Shown one piece after another: positions 47,710 through 58,432 of a stretch of DNA of 64,000 nucleotides. Both the position numbers and the translations under genes were made by a program. Position 1 is the stretch's first letter. The number at the start of each line of letters is the position of its first letter. The notes under the pieces are model-generated. The model was given only the letters and a program-made list of their open reading frames with translations, had not been told where the DNA came from and searched no databases. This DNA comes from an uncultured Candidatus Poseidoniales archaeon (GTDB taxonomy: Archaea; Thermoplasmatota; Poseidoniia; Poseidoniales; Thalassarchaeaceae): NCBI GenBank assembly GCA_902530535.1, contig CACAAP010000003.1, positions 721-64,720 on the forward strand. The letters run 5' to 3'.

Positions 47710-48129
47710 ATGCTGATAAGTCCCCCATATCACAAGGGAATCATGCCAGGCACGACAAGGGCCGAGATCAGGACGCTGAAGATAGGGAGATACGTAGCGA
47801 TCGAGGAAGACGCATACAAGATTCTCAGCATGTCCAAGTCCAAACCGGGCAAGCACGGCTCAGCCAAGGCCAGGATAGAGCTGGAGGACATCTTCACAGG
47901 TCAGAAGAAGTCACACGTCGGTACCGTTACCGATACCATAAACATCCCACTCATCGAGAAGGGATCTGCCATAATCACCCACATCCAGGGCAACGAGGTC
48001 CATGCAATGGACAACAAGACCTACCAGACGCTCATCCTACCAGTCGAGGAAGGTATGAACCTGCAGTCCGGAGGGGAGATCCAATGGATGGAGGCAATGG
48101 GCAGGTACAAGATCAGCAGGGACCACTAG
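47710..48129 (+). CDS. eif5a: translation initiation factor 5A (aIF-5A); start probably ATG 47743
   Basis: SKSKPGKHGSAKARIE hypusine loop (the K in GKHG). Collinear with archaeal aIF-5A (MAGTKQVNVGSLKVGQYV... compared with MPGTTRAEIRTLKIGRYV...). Confidence 0.85.
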   Translation: MLISPPYHKGIMPGTTRAEIRTLKIGRYVAIEEDAYKILSMSKSKPGKHGSAKARIELEDIFTGQKKSHVGTVTDTINIPLIEKGSAIITHIQGNEVHAMDNKTYQTLILPVEEGMNLQSGGEIQWMEAMGRYKISRDH

Positions 48130-48163
48130 TCGCGTTTTCCAGTCCATAGTACGTCTCGCCCAC

Positions 48164-50584
48164 GTGAAGTATAAGCGTCGTTCTCGTACGCTCGGAACGA
48201 GAGACATGTCTGACGTTGAGCGTTCGGCCTACAGGCAGCCAGTAACTGCCTCCGGACTAGAGGCGATAGAGTCCGGAACACTAACCTGGCTAGACGAGGA
48301 CATGTACAACAACCTGAACACCGGGGTCCTAGAGCAGTACCTGGAGGAGAAGAACCTCTCCGAATCTTTCGAGGTAAGCCACTGGGACACTCGCAAGGTC
48401 CTCATCGGGATCCTCGTAGGGGCGGTCTTCAGCGGAGTCACTGCCTACATCGGCCTCAAGATAGGGCTAGCCGTCTCAGCAGCATGGTACGTAGCATACC
48501 TGCTGGGGATGGCCCTCCAGTGGTCACCCTCCGAGGTGAACATAGCTACTAGCGCCACCACGGGTGCGACAAACGCGTCAATAGGCTTCATCTTCACATT
48601 CCCCGCCATCTTCCTACTGGCCTACTCAGACGACTACAGGGTCGGTGACGGGCATCTCCTGAGCTCCGTCGATACCCTGAATCTCGCATTCGTGGGAATA
48701 ATAGCCTCGATGTTCGCGGGTTTCCTGGGTGTGATGTACTTCATCATATTCAGACGAGTCTGGCTGGTCGAGGACCCACTGCCCATGCCCGGATTCGAGG
48801 CCACCCTCAAGATGCTGGACATATCCTCGGACGTTAGCGCAGGCTCGGCCGATGCAGCACGAGACTCCCTACGAACCGTAGGGGTGTGGACGGTTCTGAC
48901 GATGGGGATCATGTTCGTAATCGACTACCCCATTCGCTGGTCAAAGAAGCTCGCAGGAGTGCCGAGCAGCATCGCTGACTGGTTCGCGATGACACTGTCC
49001 GGTGAGAAGTGGGGCCTTGCTTCGGTCTACACAGAGAGGTGGATCCACCAGCCGAGCGAACTAGTCGAGGGCAAGTACGCCCCCTTCAACGGCATAACCC
49101 CCTACGAAGAGGGGAATCCCATGTCCTACACCTTCCTCGGCGTGGAGATCAGCCCGACCCTATTCGCAATAGGATGGTTCATGAAGTTCAGAGCAGCCCT
49201 ACTAGTAAACCTCGGGGCAATCCTCGCATGGTTCTGGCTTATCCCCCTTGCAGTGCTTCAGGACGTCCCTGTGTACGACCCAGAGCAGGGAGTCTACAAG
49301 GACATCACTGAGATGGGCCCCATCGTCCAATGGCAGGCCTTCGGCTCAATAATCCGTACCGTCGCGATAGGAGCGATCCTTGGAGGGGGATTCCTGGGAC
49401 TGTTCAAGATGGCCCCGACGTTCATCGGAATCTTCGGCGACATCACGCAGGCCTTCTCGGGAGAGCAGGGGGAGGAATACGTGGAAGGAAAGGGTTGGTA
49501 CGAATGGCCGCTGTACCACATCCCCATTTTCATGGCGATCTCGCTAGTTGCAATCACGGCCATCTTCGTCATAGGGGGATACCCTGTGTTGCCTTCGTTG
49601 ATATTCTCAGTCGTACTGCTATCGACTACTTTCCTCCTGGGTGCCATCGCCGTTAGGGTGATGGGGGAGACGGGAATCGAGCCAGTCTCAGGGACCTCGT
49701 TCATCGTCCTCCTTATTCTGCTGATGATATTCCTGAACCTGGACGTAGGGCTCAGCAAGGAGGAGTCAATACTGATGTCCCTCGTGGGGACTACGGTATT
49801 CGGCTCGGCGATCAGCATGAGTGGAACCGTTGTGGGTGACTACAAGAACAGCCTCTACATCGGAAACAGGCCATACCACATCTCCAAGGGCAACATAATG
49901 GGAGTAGTGCCCGGAGCCATTCTCGGTGCCGGAGTAGCCATATTCCTATCCAAGCTCCTAGCCGACGGTACAATAGAGCTGCTAGCCCCACAGGCAAATG
50001 CATTCGCATACTTCACCACCATACTGGCAGAGGGCCAGGGCAACTGGAGCGCACTACTTCTTGGCATGGCCCTCGGAGCCTTCGCCGAGTGGGCCACAGG
50101 GATGGGCACGTCATTCGGCTTGGGAATGTACCTCCCCACTCCTGCAACATTTCCGATGTTGATCGGCGGCGCCTACCGCTCTTGGTGGGAGGAGCGGAGG
50201 CTCAAGCCCATCGTGGAGTCTGTCAGGAAGGAGAAGGGAAACGCTGCTGCAGAGAAGAAGAGCGCGAGAATGCTCCTCCTGACGTTCATGATTGCAGCGG
50301 GAGCATTGACCGGTGAGGCATTCTACGGCGTCGAGGCTGCAATACTAGCCGTCCTAGACGAGATTTCGCTTGGAGGGGAGTTGCTCAAGACGTACTCCTG
50401 GTGGCCCTTTGCAAGACTGGCAGGCTTCGTAATCATCAATGTGGCACTAGGAATGATCGTTTACGTCCTTTTCAGAAAGGCCGGAATCATAGGGGGAGGG
50501 TCCAACGAAACTCCCCCTGAGACAAAGGCCACCACGCCTAAGGTTCCTTCCTGGGTCCCCTTGGATGCCGAGCTGGCGGACTGA
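48164..50584 (+). CDS. OPT-family oligopeptide transporter
   Basis: 806 aa, about 16 TM. N-terminal ...VLIGILVGAVFSGVTAYIGLKIGLAVSAAW matches the OPT-superfamily first-helix signature (AxNxYxGLKxGxTxSAS). Confidence 0.6.
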   Translation: MKYKRRSRTLGTRDMSDVERSAYRQPVTASGLEAIESGTLTWLDEDMYNNLNTGVLEQYLEEKNLSESFEVSHWDTRKVLIGILVGAVFSGVTAYIGLKIGLAVSAAWYVAYLLGMALQWSPSEVNIATSATTGATNASIGFIFTFPAIFLLAYSDDYRVGDGHLLSSVDTLNLAFVGIIASMFAGFLGVMYFIIFRRVWLVEDPLPMPGFEATLKMLDISSDVSAGSADAARDSLRTVGVWTVLTMGIMFVIDYPIRWSKKLAGVPSSIADWFAMTLSGEKWGLASVYTERWIHQPSELVEGKYAPFNGITPYEEGNPMSYTFLGVEISPTLFAIGWFMKFRAALLVNLGAILAWFWLIPLAVLQDVPVYDPEQGVYKDITEMGPIVQWQAFGSIIRTVAIGAILGGGFLGLFKMAPTFIGIFGDITQAFSGEQGEEYVEGKGWYEWPLYHIPIFMAISLVAITAIFVIGGYPVLPSLIFSVVLLSTTFLLGAIAVRVMGETGIEPVSGTSFIVLLILLMIFLNLDVGLSKEESILMSLVGTTVFGSAISMSGTVVGDYKNSLYIGNRPYHISKGNIMGVVPGAILGAGVAIFLSKLLADGTIELLAPQANAFAYFTTILAEGQGNWSALLLGMALGAFAEWATGMGTSFGLGMYLPTPATFPMLIGGAYRSWWEERRLKPIVESVRKEKGNAAAEKKSARMLLLTFMIAAGALTGEAFYGVEAAILAVLDEISLGGELLKTYSWWPFARLAGFVIINVALGMIVYVLFRKAGIIGGGSNETPPETKATTPKVPSWVPLDAELAD

Positions 50585-50586
50585 AA

Positions 50587-51537
50587 ATGCCCGAGCAAAA
50601 GGAAATCCCGGCAAGCGCGTGGCTGATACTCTCTGTAGCAGTAATCGCAGTTTCTAGCGCAGGGATAGTGCTACAGGAGATGTCCAACGTCAAGCCTCTC
50701 CTACGTGCCTCATGGAGGATGCAGGGGACGGCACTGGTATTGCTTCCCGGATTCCTGTACCAGTTCAACCGTCTAGAGACTCCCTCGCTGACCATGAACG
50801 ACTGGCTTCTGATCATCGCTTCCAGCGGGTTCTTGGCAATTCACTTCGGAAGCTGGGTATGGTCTTTGGATAACACCAGCCTAGTCCACAGCCTCCTGTT
50901 CGTGAACACTCACCCGCTAATCGTGGTCGCACTGATGCCAATAATGGGAGAAGTAGTTCGTAGAGGACACCTAGAGGGGGTAATCATTGGCTTCGCAGGA
51001 GCCCTTGTAGCCCTGATGGACCTGGGAGATGGGGGAGAAGTGACCCTGATGGGAGATTTTGCCGCATTCCTGGGGGCAGTAACCATTGTCGGCTACATCC
51101 TAGTGGGCAGGGAGCTCAGATCTAACAGGGACATGCCGATTTTCGTCTATGCATTCCCCGTGACCATGGGCGCAGGAATCTGGCTGTCTCTTGGAACCGT
51201 GCTGTTCGAAGGCTCAGCCGTTACTTCCTTGCACCCCGAATCCTCGATCTTCGGATGGACAGACCCCTTCTGGATAGTTTGGGTTGGATACCTGTCTCTC
51301 GGTCCGGGACTCTGCGGGCATACAGGCTTCAACACGGTTCTGCGATGGATACCTCCGATAATAGTCTCAATCACGATGCTTTTGGAGCCCGTGATAGGGG
51401 CCATAATCGGCTACATGTGGACTGGAGATTCTTTGATAGGACTACCCACAGTAATAGGTGGACTGATGATGATGGCAGGAGCGATGCACGTGACTCTACA
51501 AGGAAAATCGAAATCCGAGGGGGAATCGGTTTCTTAA
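50587..51537 (+). CDS. EamA/DMT-superfamily permease
   Basis: 316 aa, 10 predicted TM in a 5+5 duplicated arrangement. Confidence 0.55.
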   Translation: MPEQKEIPASAWLILSVAVIAVSSAGIVLQEMSNVKPLLRASWRMQGTALVLLPGFLYQFNRLETPSLTMNDWLLIIASSGFLAIHFGSWVWSLDNTSLVHSLLFVNTHPLIVVALMPIMGEVVRRGHLEGVIIGFAGALVALMDLGDGGEVTLMGDFAAFLGAVTIVGYILVGRELRSNRDMPIFVYAFPVTMGAGIWLSLGTVLFEGSAVTSLHPESSIFGWTDPFWIVWVGYLSLGPGLCGHTGFNTVLRWIPPIIVSITMLLEPVIGAIIGYMWTGDSLIGLPTVIGGLMMMAGAMHVTLQGKSKSEGESVS

Positions 51538-51558
51538 CCGCCCCATCGTGCGGAAAAC

Positions 51559-52485
51559 ATGCCAAGGTTCCCCATTCTCCTTACCAATGACGACGGCATT
51601 CACTCCCCCGGACTTCAGCATCTGGCATCGTCATTGCACTCTCTTGGACACCCGATAGCCATACTAGCACCTCTTACAGAGCAATCAGCGGTAGGGATGA
51701 AGCTCACTCTAAGAGATGACATGGCCTTCGAAGAGCACACTGATATCACTGAAAAAATCAGGACCGACGAGGCAGTTCCCCTGCGCGTGTTCTCGCTCGA
51801 TGGGTCTCCCTGCGACTGCGTCATCGTTGCTATCGATGGGGGGTTGAGGTCCTGGGCACCAGAGATACGGCCGTGGCTCTGCATTTCCGGCATCAACCGA
51901 GGGCCAAACCTCTCTGTGGACGTTCTTCACTCCGGAACGGTTTCCGCTGCTCGCGAGGCATCTCTATATGGCCTGCCATCTCTTTCCGTAAGCCTAGCCA
52001 CATACTCTCACCAAGACTACTCGCAATCCATAGAGGCAACCCTGGCTCTGGTGGAAAGACTATCCGAACTGGTCACAGTAGAACCGAGCAACATCCTGAG
52101 GCCAGCGGGTTCGAGGACAAGGCCGATTGAGGGAACCGGTCCACACTCTCTTAGATCATGGTTCATGCAGGGGAACATGTTCCTGAACCTAAACATCCCT
52201 GAAAATTGGAACGGCACATTCCAGACCGTGCCCCTAGGTGCTAGATGGTACCACAACGCGACTGACATGATAGATCAGAAATCCATGGGGGTGGCCTTTG
52301 AGGTCGGGGCAGCCAGAATCGTCGACGAGGAAATTGAAATGACTGACTGCCATGCAATCGCGTCCGGGAGCGCATCGATTACCCCTTTGGCAAGCTGGCC
52401 CCAGAATCACCCGCTCGGAGTCCCGCAATCGATTATGGAAGCGTCTACGGTGATGGATGCTGATGGGATGCCTTCATGGATCTAG
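51559..52485 (+). CDS. surE: 5'/3'-nucleotidase SurE
   Basis: N-terminal ILLTNDDGIHSPGL (SurE NDDG metal-binding motif) and SGINRGPNL. Confidence 0.85.
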   Translation: MPRFPILLTNDDGIHSPGLQHLASSLHSLGHPIAILAPLTEQSAVGMKLTLRDDMAFEEHTDITEKIRTDEAVPLRVFSLDGSPCDCVIVAIDGGLRSWAPEIRPWLCISGINRGPNLSVDVLHSGTVSAAREASLYGLPSLSVSLATYSHQDYSQSIEATLALVERLSELVTVEPSNILRPAGSRTRPIEGTGPHSLRSWFMQGNMFLNLNIPENWNGTFQTVPLGARWYHNATDMIDQKSMGVAFEVGAARIVDEEIEMTDCHAIASGSASITPLASWPQNHPLGVPQSIMEASTVMDADGMPSWI

Positions 52486-53099
52486 GACTCGTCAAGGAGA
52501 TGATGGATTATGGAGATGCAGGAGTGCCCCTGCAACCACTCTCTTCCCAGCGAGAGTGAATATAAACTGCGAACACTGGCCTTGTCATGATCCGAAAGGG
52601 GCTGATCATCCGATAGAATGAACCCTAGGTCATTGGGATGTTGTATCGAATTGAAATCTCTCCCTTCAGCATCTAGCAATACTGGGATAACCCCTCTTTC
52701 CTCCCAATCCTGGAGGGTCTGGTTGATATCCCCTCCAGAGTGCAGTATCCCACTTGAGAACTCTTTGAATCGATCCCTCGGAGGAATCGGAAGCTTGTTT
52801 ATTCCCTTAATCTGCCCAGCAATTGATCTTTCATCCGGCCTTAATCCCCCTATTCTGGTACCATCGAACCATATCCTCCTATTCGGACCTCCTCCTCCCA
52901 TCAGGTGAAGAATCACATGGCAATAATCGCGAATTCCATGTGAGACAAACAGGGCAGCATTTACCGCTCTAACAAGGACGTCCATCCTGCCTCCAGAACC
53001 AGGAAGGTCATTCAGATTAAGCGGCCCTTCGCTTGGAGCCCTATGGCCGATTATAGCGAACCATCTCTCCAGAAGATCACCCCAGATCGATCTCTTCAT
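52482..53099 (-). CDS. trmY: tRNA (pseudouridine54-N1)-methyltransferase TrmY (SPOUT, DUF358)
   Basis: NLNDLPGSGGRMDVLVRAVNAALFVSHGIRD ... WFDGTRIGGLRPDERSIAGQI parallels haloarchaeal TrmY ([27 protein letters not shown]...FDGSTLRGLHPDERNVAARI). Confidence 0.65.
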   Translation of the reverse strand: MKRSIWGDLLERWFAIIGHRAPSEGPLNLNDLPGSGGRMDVLVRAVNAALFVSHGIRDYCHVILHLMGGGGPNRRIWFDGTRIGGLRPDERSIAGQIKGINKLPIPPRDRFKEFSSGILHSGGDINQTLQDWEERGVIPVLLDAEGRDFNSIQHPNDLGFILSDDQPLSDHDKASVRSLYSLSLGREWLQGHSCISIIHHLLDES

Positions 53100-54432
53100 C
53101 GAGCCCCATCATGGACTCCATCTGGCGTCTCATCTTCCTATCTCCTCTGAATCCACGCATCATCTTCTTGCTCCTATTCCATTGAGTAATGAGTTCCTTG
53201 ACCTCTCTTTCCTCACATCCAGAACCTCTGGCGATCCTCCTAATTCTACTCGACTTCAGGAGCAGGGGGTCGTCCTTCTCCTCTTGGGTCATCGAGTCCA
53301 TAACTATCCTGTACTTATCCAGGTTAGACTGCATCTGCTTCTTCTGAGCCACTCCCATATTGCCCATTCCTCCGAACATAGCGTCTGGGAGGTGTGATAG
53401 GACCTTGTCAAGAGTTCCAATTTTGCTCATCATCTCCATCTGCGCATACATGTCGGTGAGAGTGAATCTCCCTGACATCAACCTCTTTGTCAGGCGCATT
53501 GCCTCCTGCTCGTCTAGGTCCTCGGGGGCTAGGTCGATGAGGCCCTTGATGTCACCCATTCCAAGAAGCCTGGAAATGAACCGATCAGACTCGAATTTCT
53601 CTATATCACCAATCCTCTCCCCCTCTCCCACGAAGACGATCGGCGCACCTGTCGTAGAAACCGCGCTTAACGCCCCCCCTCCTCTAGCAGTTCCATCTAA
53701 CTTGGTCACGATTGTCCCAGTAACTCCTACCAACTCATGAAAGGTCTCGGCCATAGGCCCGGCAGCCTGCCCGACTTGAGCGTCAATTACCAGAAAGCGC
53801 TCTGAAGCGTTCGCAATACTTGCAATCTCCAGTAGTTCTTCCTTAAGCTCCCCATCTAGGCTGTCCCTGCCGGCGGTGTCTATGATCACGATGTCTGCGG
53901 TTCCAACCTTGCTGAGGCCATTTCTAACTATCTGGGATGCAACCTTTTCTCCAGGCTCTCCGTATACCTCTATGCCAGTACCCTCGAGCATCTGACTGAG
54001 TTGTTCGAACGCTCCTGGCCTATGCACGTCCGCTTCGATAACTGCAACCTTTGCTCCGTGCGCTTTTCTCCACCAGTCTGCCAATTTTGCGGTGGTGGTT
54101 GTCTTTCCCTGACCATAGAGGCCTACCATAAGCACTGTTTGGTTGTGTGGCTTGATCTCCCTAGGCGGTCCAAGAATCCTTACTAGTTCAGAATATATGA
54201 GGTTCATAGCATGAGTTTCGAGCTTCACTCCCGGTCGCGACTCCTCTTCCAAAATCCCCCTTTCTACCCTTTCAGTCAGCTCCTTTGCCTGTCTGACATT
54301 GAAATCTGCTTCTAGTAGGGCCCTCCTGAGTGACTTGCTAAGATCCTTGACGGTGTCCTGATCGACTTTCCTCTTTCCCTTCAGGAGCCCTATTGATCCT
54401 AGAACTCTACGCTTGAATCCCTCCAGAGCCAT
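53077..54432 (-). CDS. srp54: signal recognition particle protein SRP54
   Basis: GLYGQGKTTTTAKLA (G1), DTAGR (G3), TKLDG (G4), Met-rich M-domain at the C-terminus. 451 aa. Confidence 0.9.
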   Translation of the reverse strand: MALEGFKRRVLGSIGLLKGKRKVDQDTVKDLSKSLRRALLEADFNVRQAKELTERVERGILEEESRPGVKLETHAMNLIYSELVRILGPPREIKPHNQTVLMVGLYGQGKTTTTAKLADWWRKAHGAKVAVIEADVHRPGAFEQLSQMLEGTGIEVYGEPGEKVASQIVRNGLSKVGTADIVIIDTAGRDSLDGELKEELLEIASIANASERFLVIDAQVGQAAGPMAETFHELVGVTGTIVTKLDGTARGGGALSAVSTTGAPIVFVGEGERIGDIEKFESDRFISRLLGMGDIKGLIDLAPEDLDEQEAMRLTKRLMSGRFTLTDMYAQMEMMSKIGTLDKVLSHLPDAMFGGMGNMGVAQKKQMQSNLDKYRIVMDSMTQEEKDDPLLLKSSRIRRIARGSGCEEREVKELITQWNRSKKMMRGFRGDRKMRRQMESMMGLDEEIDLG

Positions 54433-54535
54433 ATTGTCCGGCTACAATCGTGCCGTTTGAACGTTATCTGGTTATTCGAGCCATTTGACGCTTACTTATC
54501 CGCTGTACTGAAAGGGTGCGCGTCATGGGAAGTGT

Positions 54536-55327
54536 GTGGCTGACGCTCCTATTGAGATGTGGGAGATGCAACTGGCTTTTGCAATAGGATTGCTGGGCAT
54601 CTACGTAGGCTGGAGGGGAACTATAGCCAGGATGACGGGTTTCTATGACCTATCTGGTGCTGCAAAGTCATTGTTATTTGGAATTGTCTCAGGAGTGCTT
54701 GCCGCTTCAGCAATCGACGCACTAATTCTAGCCGAAGTTAGGAATCAATCTCAGAACATCATCTCACTTAGCTCGATAGCTTTCATGATAGCTCTGGCTG
54801 AATCGTCTTTCGTACTTTTTCTGCTCGGTAGAACTAGAACTGTTGGATTGAGGGCTTGCGCCCCTTACGGATGGACTCTAGGTTTGGGTTTCGGTGCAAT
54901 GCGCTCAGCCCACCTCAACGTACGTCTATTCGATCCAGTAGTCTGGGAAGGTACCGGATTCAGTGCTCAGAACATCGCTCTAGCGTGTTTACTGACAATT
55001 ACTACCTGCCTAGCGCATGCATCCATAGGTACTTGGCAAGGGTCTAGAATTCTGGATAATCAAAGATTTCGACCTCTTGTATACGCCTCATTCGCTAGGA
55101 TGGTAGTTATTCTAGTGACGGTGCTTTCTGTCTTCTTCCCATTGACCATCGCTCTCTTGGCCCCATTCGTCGTTTGGTCTTGGTTTCCAGCCCAGGAGTC
55201 TTGGCTGCCGTCTGGTATGACTCCAGCAGCCAGACAGGCATACAGGCGCACACTTCGGCAATCCGTCGTCAACCGGTCTCGAGCACAAACCAGAATTAGG
55301 GGAGAAACCGTGGAATCAGAAGAATAG
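54536..55327 (+). CDS. hypothetical integral membrane protein (about 7 TM)
   Basis: 263-aa hydrophobic ORF. No confident family. Confidence 0.4.
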   Translation: MADAPIEMWEMQLAFAIGLLGIYVGWRGTIARMTGFYDLSGAAKSLLFGIVSGVLAASAIDALILAEVRNQSQNIISLSSIAFMIALAESSFVLFLLGRTRTVGLRACAPYGWTLGLGFGAMRSAHLNVRLFDPVVWEGTGFSAQNIALACLLTITTCLAHASIGTWQGSRILDNQRFRPLVYASFARMVVILVTVLSVFFPLTIALLAPFVVWSWFPAQESWLPSGMTPAARQAYRRTLRQSVVNRSRAQTRIRGETVESEE

Positions 55328-55404
55328 TTCCGTTCTAGGACACTTTAGGCCTTTTTCCACATATGGCGCAGGATTATATCCAGTCCGCATATTCATTTGT
55401 TTGA

Positions 55405-56829
55405 ATGCGAGTGATTATCGCAGGTGCCGGCGAGGTCGGCCGGGGTGTTGCCGCAGCGCTTCGAGGCGAGAAGCGAGGAGTTGCGATGATCGATCCCGAC
55501 CCCAATGCAATTAGCGACTCCCAATCTCTAGATTGCTTGCTGATAACGGGCAACGCCCTATCAAGGGACTCTCTAGTAAGAGCTGGAATCAATGATGCTG
55601 AGATCATCGTCTTCGCAACCAATGATGACAATGTCAACATCTTAGGATGCGCTTTCGCCAAGAGGGTGTTCAGCGAACAGGTGGGCGACAGAACTGCTTC
55701 CGGGCTGATCACTATCGCCAATGTACGTGACTCAGAGATAACTCACCCTTCGAGGGGTGCCGGACCGTTGGAGAATTGGGCTCGTACAAACTTTGTTGTT
55801 TCACCTTCGACAGATGTTGTAGAACAACTAATCTCCGGATTAGTATCCCCTACCCTTTCTGATATCATCCCAATGGGTGATAACGCTTGGATTGTCGAGT
55901 CTGCTGTATCAGTTGGCTCTCCTATGGTTGGCTCAACAATCGAAGATGCCAATTCGAGCTCCACAAAAGATCCGGATTATCCCCGAATCATAGCAATGAA
56001 AGCGGGTAGCAGGAAGGGGCGAATAGTTTCAGGAAATGAAATAATCCAACAGGGGGACATGTTGGTCTTTGTTACAGGTTCAACCAAATTCTTCGGTGAG
56101 ATTGCCCGATTGGTCGGGGATGAGAATTCTGAGATGCCGGATAAGCCGACTGTGGCAATTTTCGGAGCAACCAACTTCGGTAGCAAACTAGCGGAGCACT
56201 ACCTCAATATGGGCTCGAACGTAGTAATCATTGAACCCGATCTAGACTCAGCTAACGCAATAGTTGGATCCCGCATTGGTGTCAATAAGAGGTTGGACGT
56301 GATACACGGTGATCCTCAGGACGAGGATCTTCTACGCGAACTCGCAGTGGAAGATCACGATATTGCAATCTCTACTCTCAGTGATGATAATCTGAATATT
56401 TCGATAGCTATGAGGACATTCGACAAAGGCGTTTCCAGAACTGGCTTAATTCTCAAGGATAGGGCCCTAGTAGAGGCAATTCAGCGTATTGGACTAAGGC
56501 CGGTGAGTAAGCGCAGAGTGGCAATAAAGTCGATTCTCAAAGCCATCCACATGCATGTCCCAGGACTATACGAGCCAATTCCCAGAATCCCATCTTTGGT
56601 ATCTATGTCTGCTGAGATAAATGCCGGAAACGGACTACTAGGGAAGGAATTGCCAGAAGTAGAGGACATAATTGGGGCTAACCTAGTTATGCTGGAGAGG
56701 CTAGATAATGATGGAACATTCAACAACATAATCGAGGAAAACATCGGAACCATCCAAGAAGGTGACAGGCTCTACTTGATTCTTGAGATAGATGATGTAG
56801 GCAAGGCCGAGGAGATATTGCGGAGCTAG
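55405..56829 (+). CDS. trkA: Trk potassium uptake system NAD-binding subunit TrkA (two TrkA-N/TrkA-C pairs)
   Basis: MRVIIAGAGEVGRGVA and a second VAIFGATNFGSKLA Rossmann motif. 474 aa. Confidence 0.85.
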   Translation: MRVIIAGAGEVGRGVAAALRGEKRGVAMIDPDPNAISDSQSLDCLLITGNALSRDSLVRAGINDAEIIVFATNDDNVNILGCAFAKRVFSEQVGDRTASGLITIANVRDSEITHPSRGAGPLENWARTNFVVSPSTDVVEQLISGLVSPTLSDIIPMGDNAWIVESAVSVGSPMVGSTIEDANSSSTKDPDYPRIIAMKAGSRKGRIVSGNEIIQQGDMLVFVTGSTKFFGEIARLVGDENSEMPDKPTVAIFGATNFGSKLAEHYLNMGSNVVIIEPDLDSANAIVGSRIGVNKRLDVIHGDPQDEDLLRELAVEDHDIAISTLSDDNLNISIAMRTFDKGVSRTGLILKDRALVEAIQRIGLRPVSKRRVAIKSILKAIHMHVPGLYEPIPRIPSLVSMSAEINAGNGLLGKELPEVEDIIGANLVMLERLDNDGTFNNIIEENIGTIQEGDRLYLILEIDDVGKAEEILRS

Positions 56830-56830
56830 T

Positions 56831-58432
56831 ATGCGTTGGGGAGTAGTTAGCCTAATTCTCGGCTGGACTATCGGGCTCGTCTCAGTACCATTAGTGGTTG
56901 TCGGTCTTTACAGCCTCTATGTCGAGGGATTTGAACAAGCTATTCGCACCTTCGCTCTTCCGGCGACTATTTCACTTTCATTGGGCTATTTGATGATTTT
57001 CCGCTCAGGCGTATCTGAGCCTTCATCCCTGGTTCGAGATAGAGAGGCATTCGCTTCTGTGGCCCTTGGTTGGATCCCTGTGGTCATAGTGGGGGCTCTT
57101 CCTCTTTGGCTAGGGGGAATGTTTCACGGCCCCTTCGGGGATTTCTGGAACCCAGGGGGAGCAAACTCAAACTCTCAGATGATGTATGGGCTACTCCACT
57201 CTTGGTTCGAGTCGATGTCTGGATTCACAACTACGGGGGCTTCCATTGTAGACCCAGCAACTAGCCCTGTTTGCGGTTCTGGAGCCGCCGTGTTAAACGA
57301 TTTCAGTGGTGACTGCCTTGGTAGTCAGAGGAAAAGCCTGATTCTATGGAGGTCAGTTTCTCAATGGATTGGCGGGATGGGGGTCATTATGCTCGGGCTT
57401 CTCATCTTCTCAAGGGCCCTAGGAGGGGGCATGGCATTAGCGAGAGCAGAATTGACAGGGCCATCTGTGTCGAACCTTGGAACTACTCTCGAGAGCACGG
57501 CTAGGAAACTCTGGGGGATATACGTAGGTCTCACAGTACTCCAGGCGATACTCCTCTCACAACTGACTAGTATGGACCCATTCGATGCGGTCAACTATGC
57601 TCTAACAACAATGCCTTCAGGTGGTTTTGGAACAACTGATTCTGGAATAATGCAGTTTGATGACTACATTATTGAGTCGATTGTGATGCTCTTCATGCTT
57701 CTAACTTGTATTAACTTCAGCCTCCTGTATTTCGCATTTTCAGGAAGGTCGAATGAGATTTGGAAGGACGAGGAGCTTCGAACTTATCTGCTAATTGTCT
57801 TCATCGCATGGATTGCCATGGCAGTCAATATATCTCGCTCTAGCGATTTAGATTATGGAATATTGGAATCCATCAGATACTCCATATTTCAGGCAATCTC
57901 AATCACCAGTACTGGTTACTCTAGTGCAGATTTCTCCCAGTGGCCAGTATTCAGTCAATTTGTTCTGCTACTGCTGATGATAATCGGGGCCAGTGCTGGA
58001 TCTACTGGTGGCGGACTCAAGGTGCTTAGGATCCGCATTGCCTTCGAACTGGCGAAGAGGGAGGTCATGAAGATAATTCAGCCAAGGAAGGTTGTTGCGA
58101 TTAGGTTCAATAGATCCGTTGTTGATGAGCAGCGGGTTTGGATAATTCTTGGAATGGTAAGCTCATGGATGGTCTTGGTCACAGCGTCAATGCTCACTAT
58201 TTCCTTCCTAGAGCCAGATTTGACTATGACAGATGTACTCTCTGTTTCCATCTCCCTTCTCGGTAATACTGGTCCCGCATTGGGAGAATTCGGACCTTCC
58301 GGTGCTGCTGCTGCATGGGCTGGGATGAGTATTCCTTCGTTACTGGCTTCTACGATATTGATGTGGCTAGGTCGTCTCGAACTTCTGACTGTACTCGTTC
58401 TTCTCCATCCAAGGACTTGGGATTCAGACTAA
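56831..58432 (+). CDS. trkH: Trk/Ktr potassium transporter membrane subunit TrkH
   Basis: 533 aa. Repeated M1-P-M2 units with selectivity-filter-like GFTTTGASI, TMPSGGFGT, ITSTGYSS, GNTGPALG. Start is 2 nt after the trkA stop. Confidence 0.85.
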   Translation: MRWGVVSLILGWTIGLVSVPLVVVGLYSLYVEGFEQAIRTFALPATISLSLGYLMIFRSGVSEPSSLVRDREAFASVALGWIPVVIVGALPLWLGGMFHGPFGDFWNPGGANSNSQMMYGLLHSWFESMSGFTTTGASIVDPATSPVCGSGAAVLNDFSGDCLGSQRKSLILWRSVSQWIGGMGVIMLGLLIFSRALGGGMALARAELTGPSVSNLGTTLESTARKLWGIYVGLTVLQAILLSQLTSMDPFDAVNYALTTMPSGGFGTTDSGIMQFDDYIIESIVMLFMLLTCINFSLLYFAFSGRSNEIWKDEELRTYLLIVFIAWIAMAVNISRSSDLDYGILESIRYSIFQAISITSTGYSSADFSQWPVFSQFVLLLLMIIGASAGSTGGGLKVLRIRIAFELAKREVMKIIQPRKVVAIRFNRSVVDEQRVWIILGMVSSWMVLVTASMLTISFLEPDLTMTDVLSVSISLLGNTGPALGEFGPSGAAAAWAGMSIPSLLASTILMWLGRLELLTVLVLLHPRTWDSD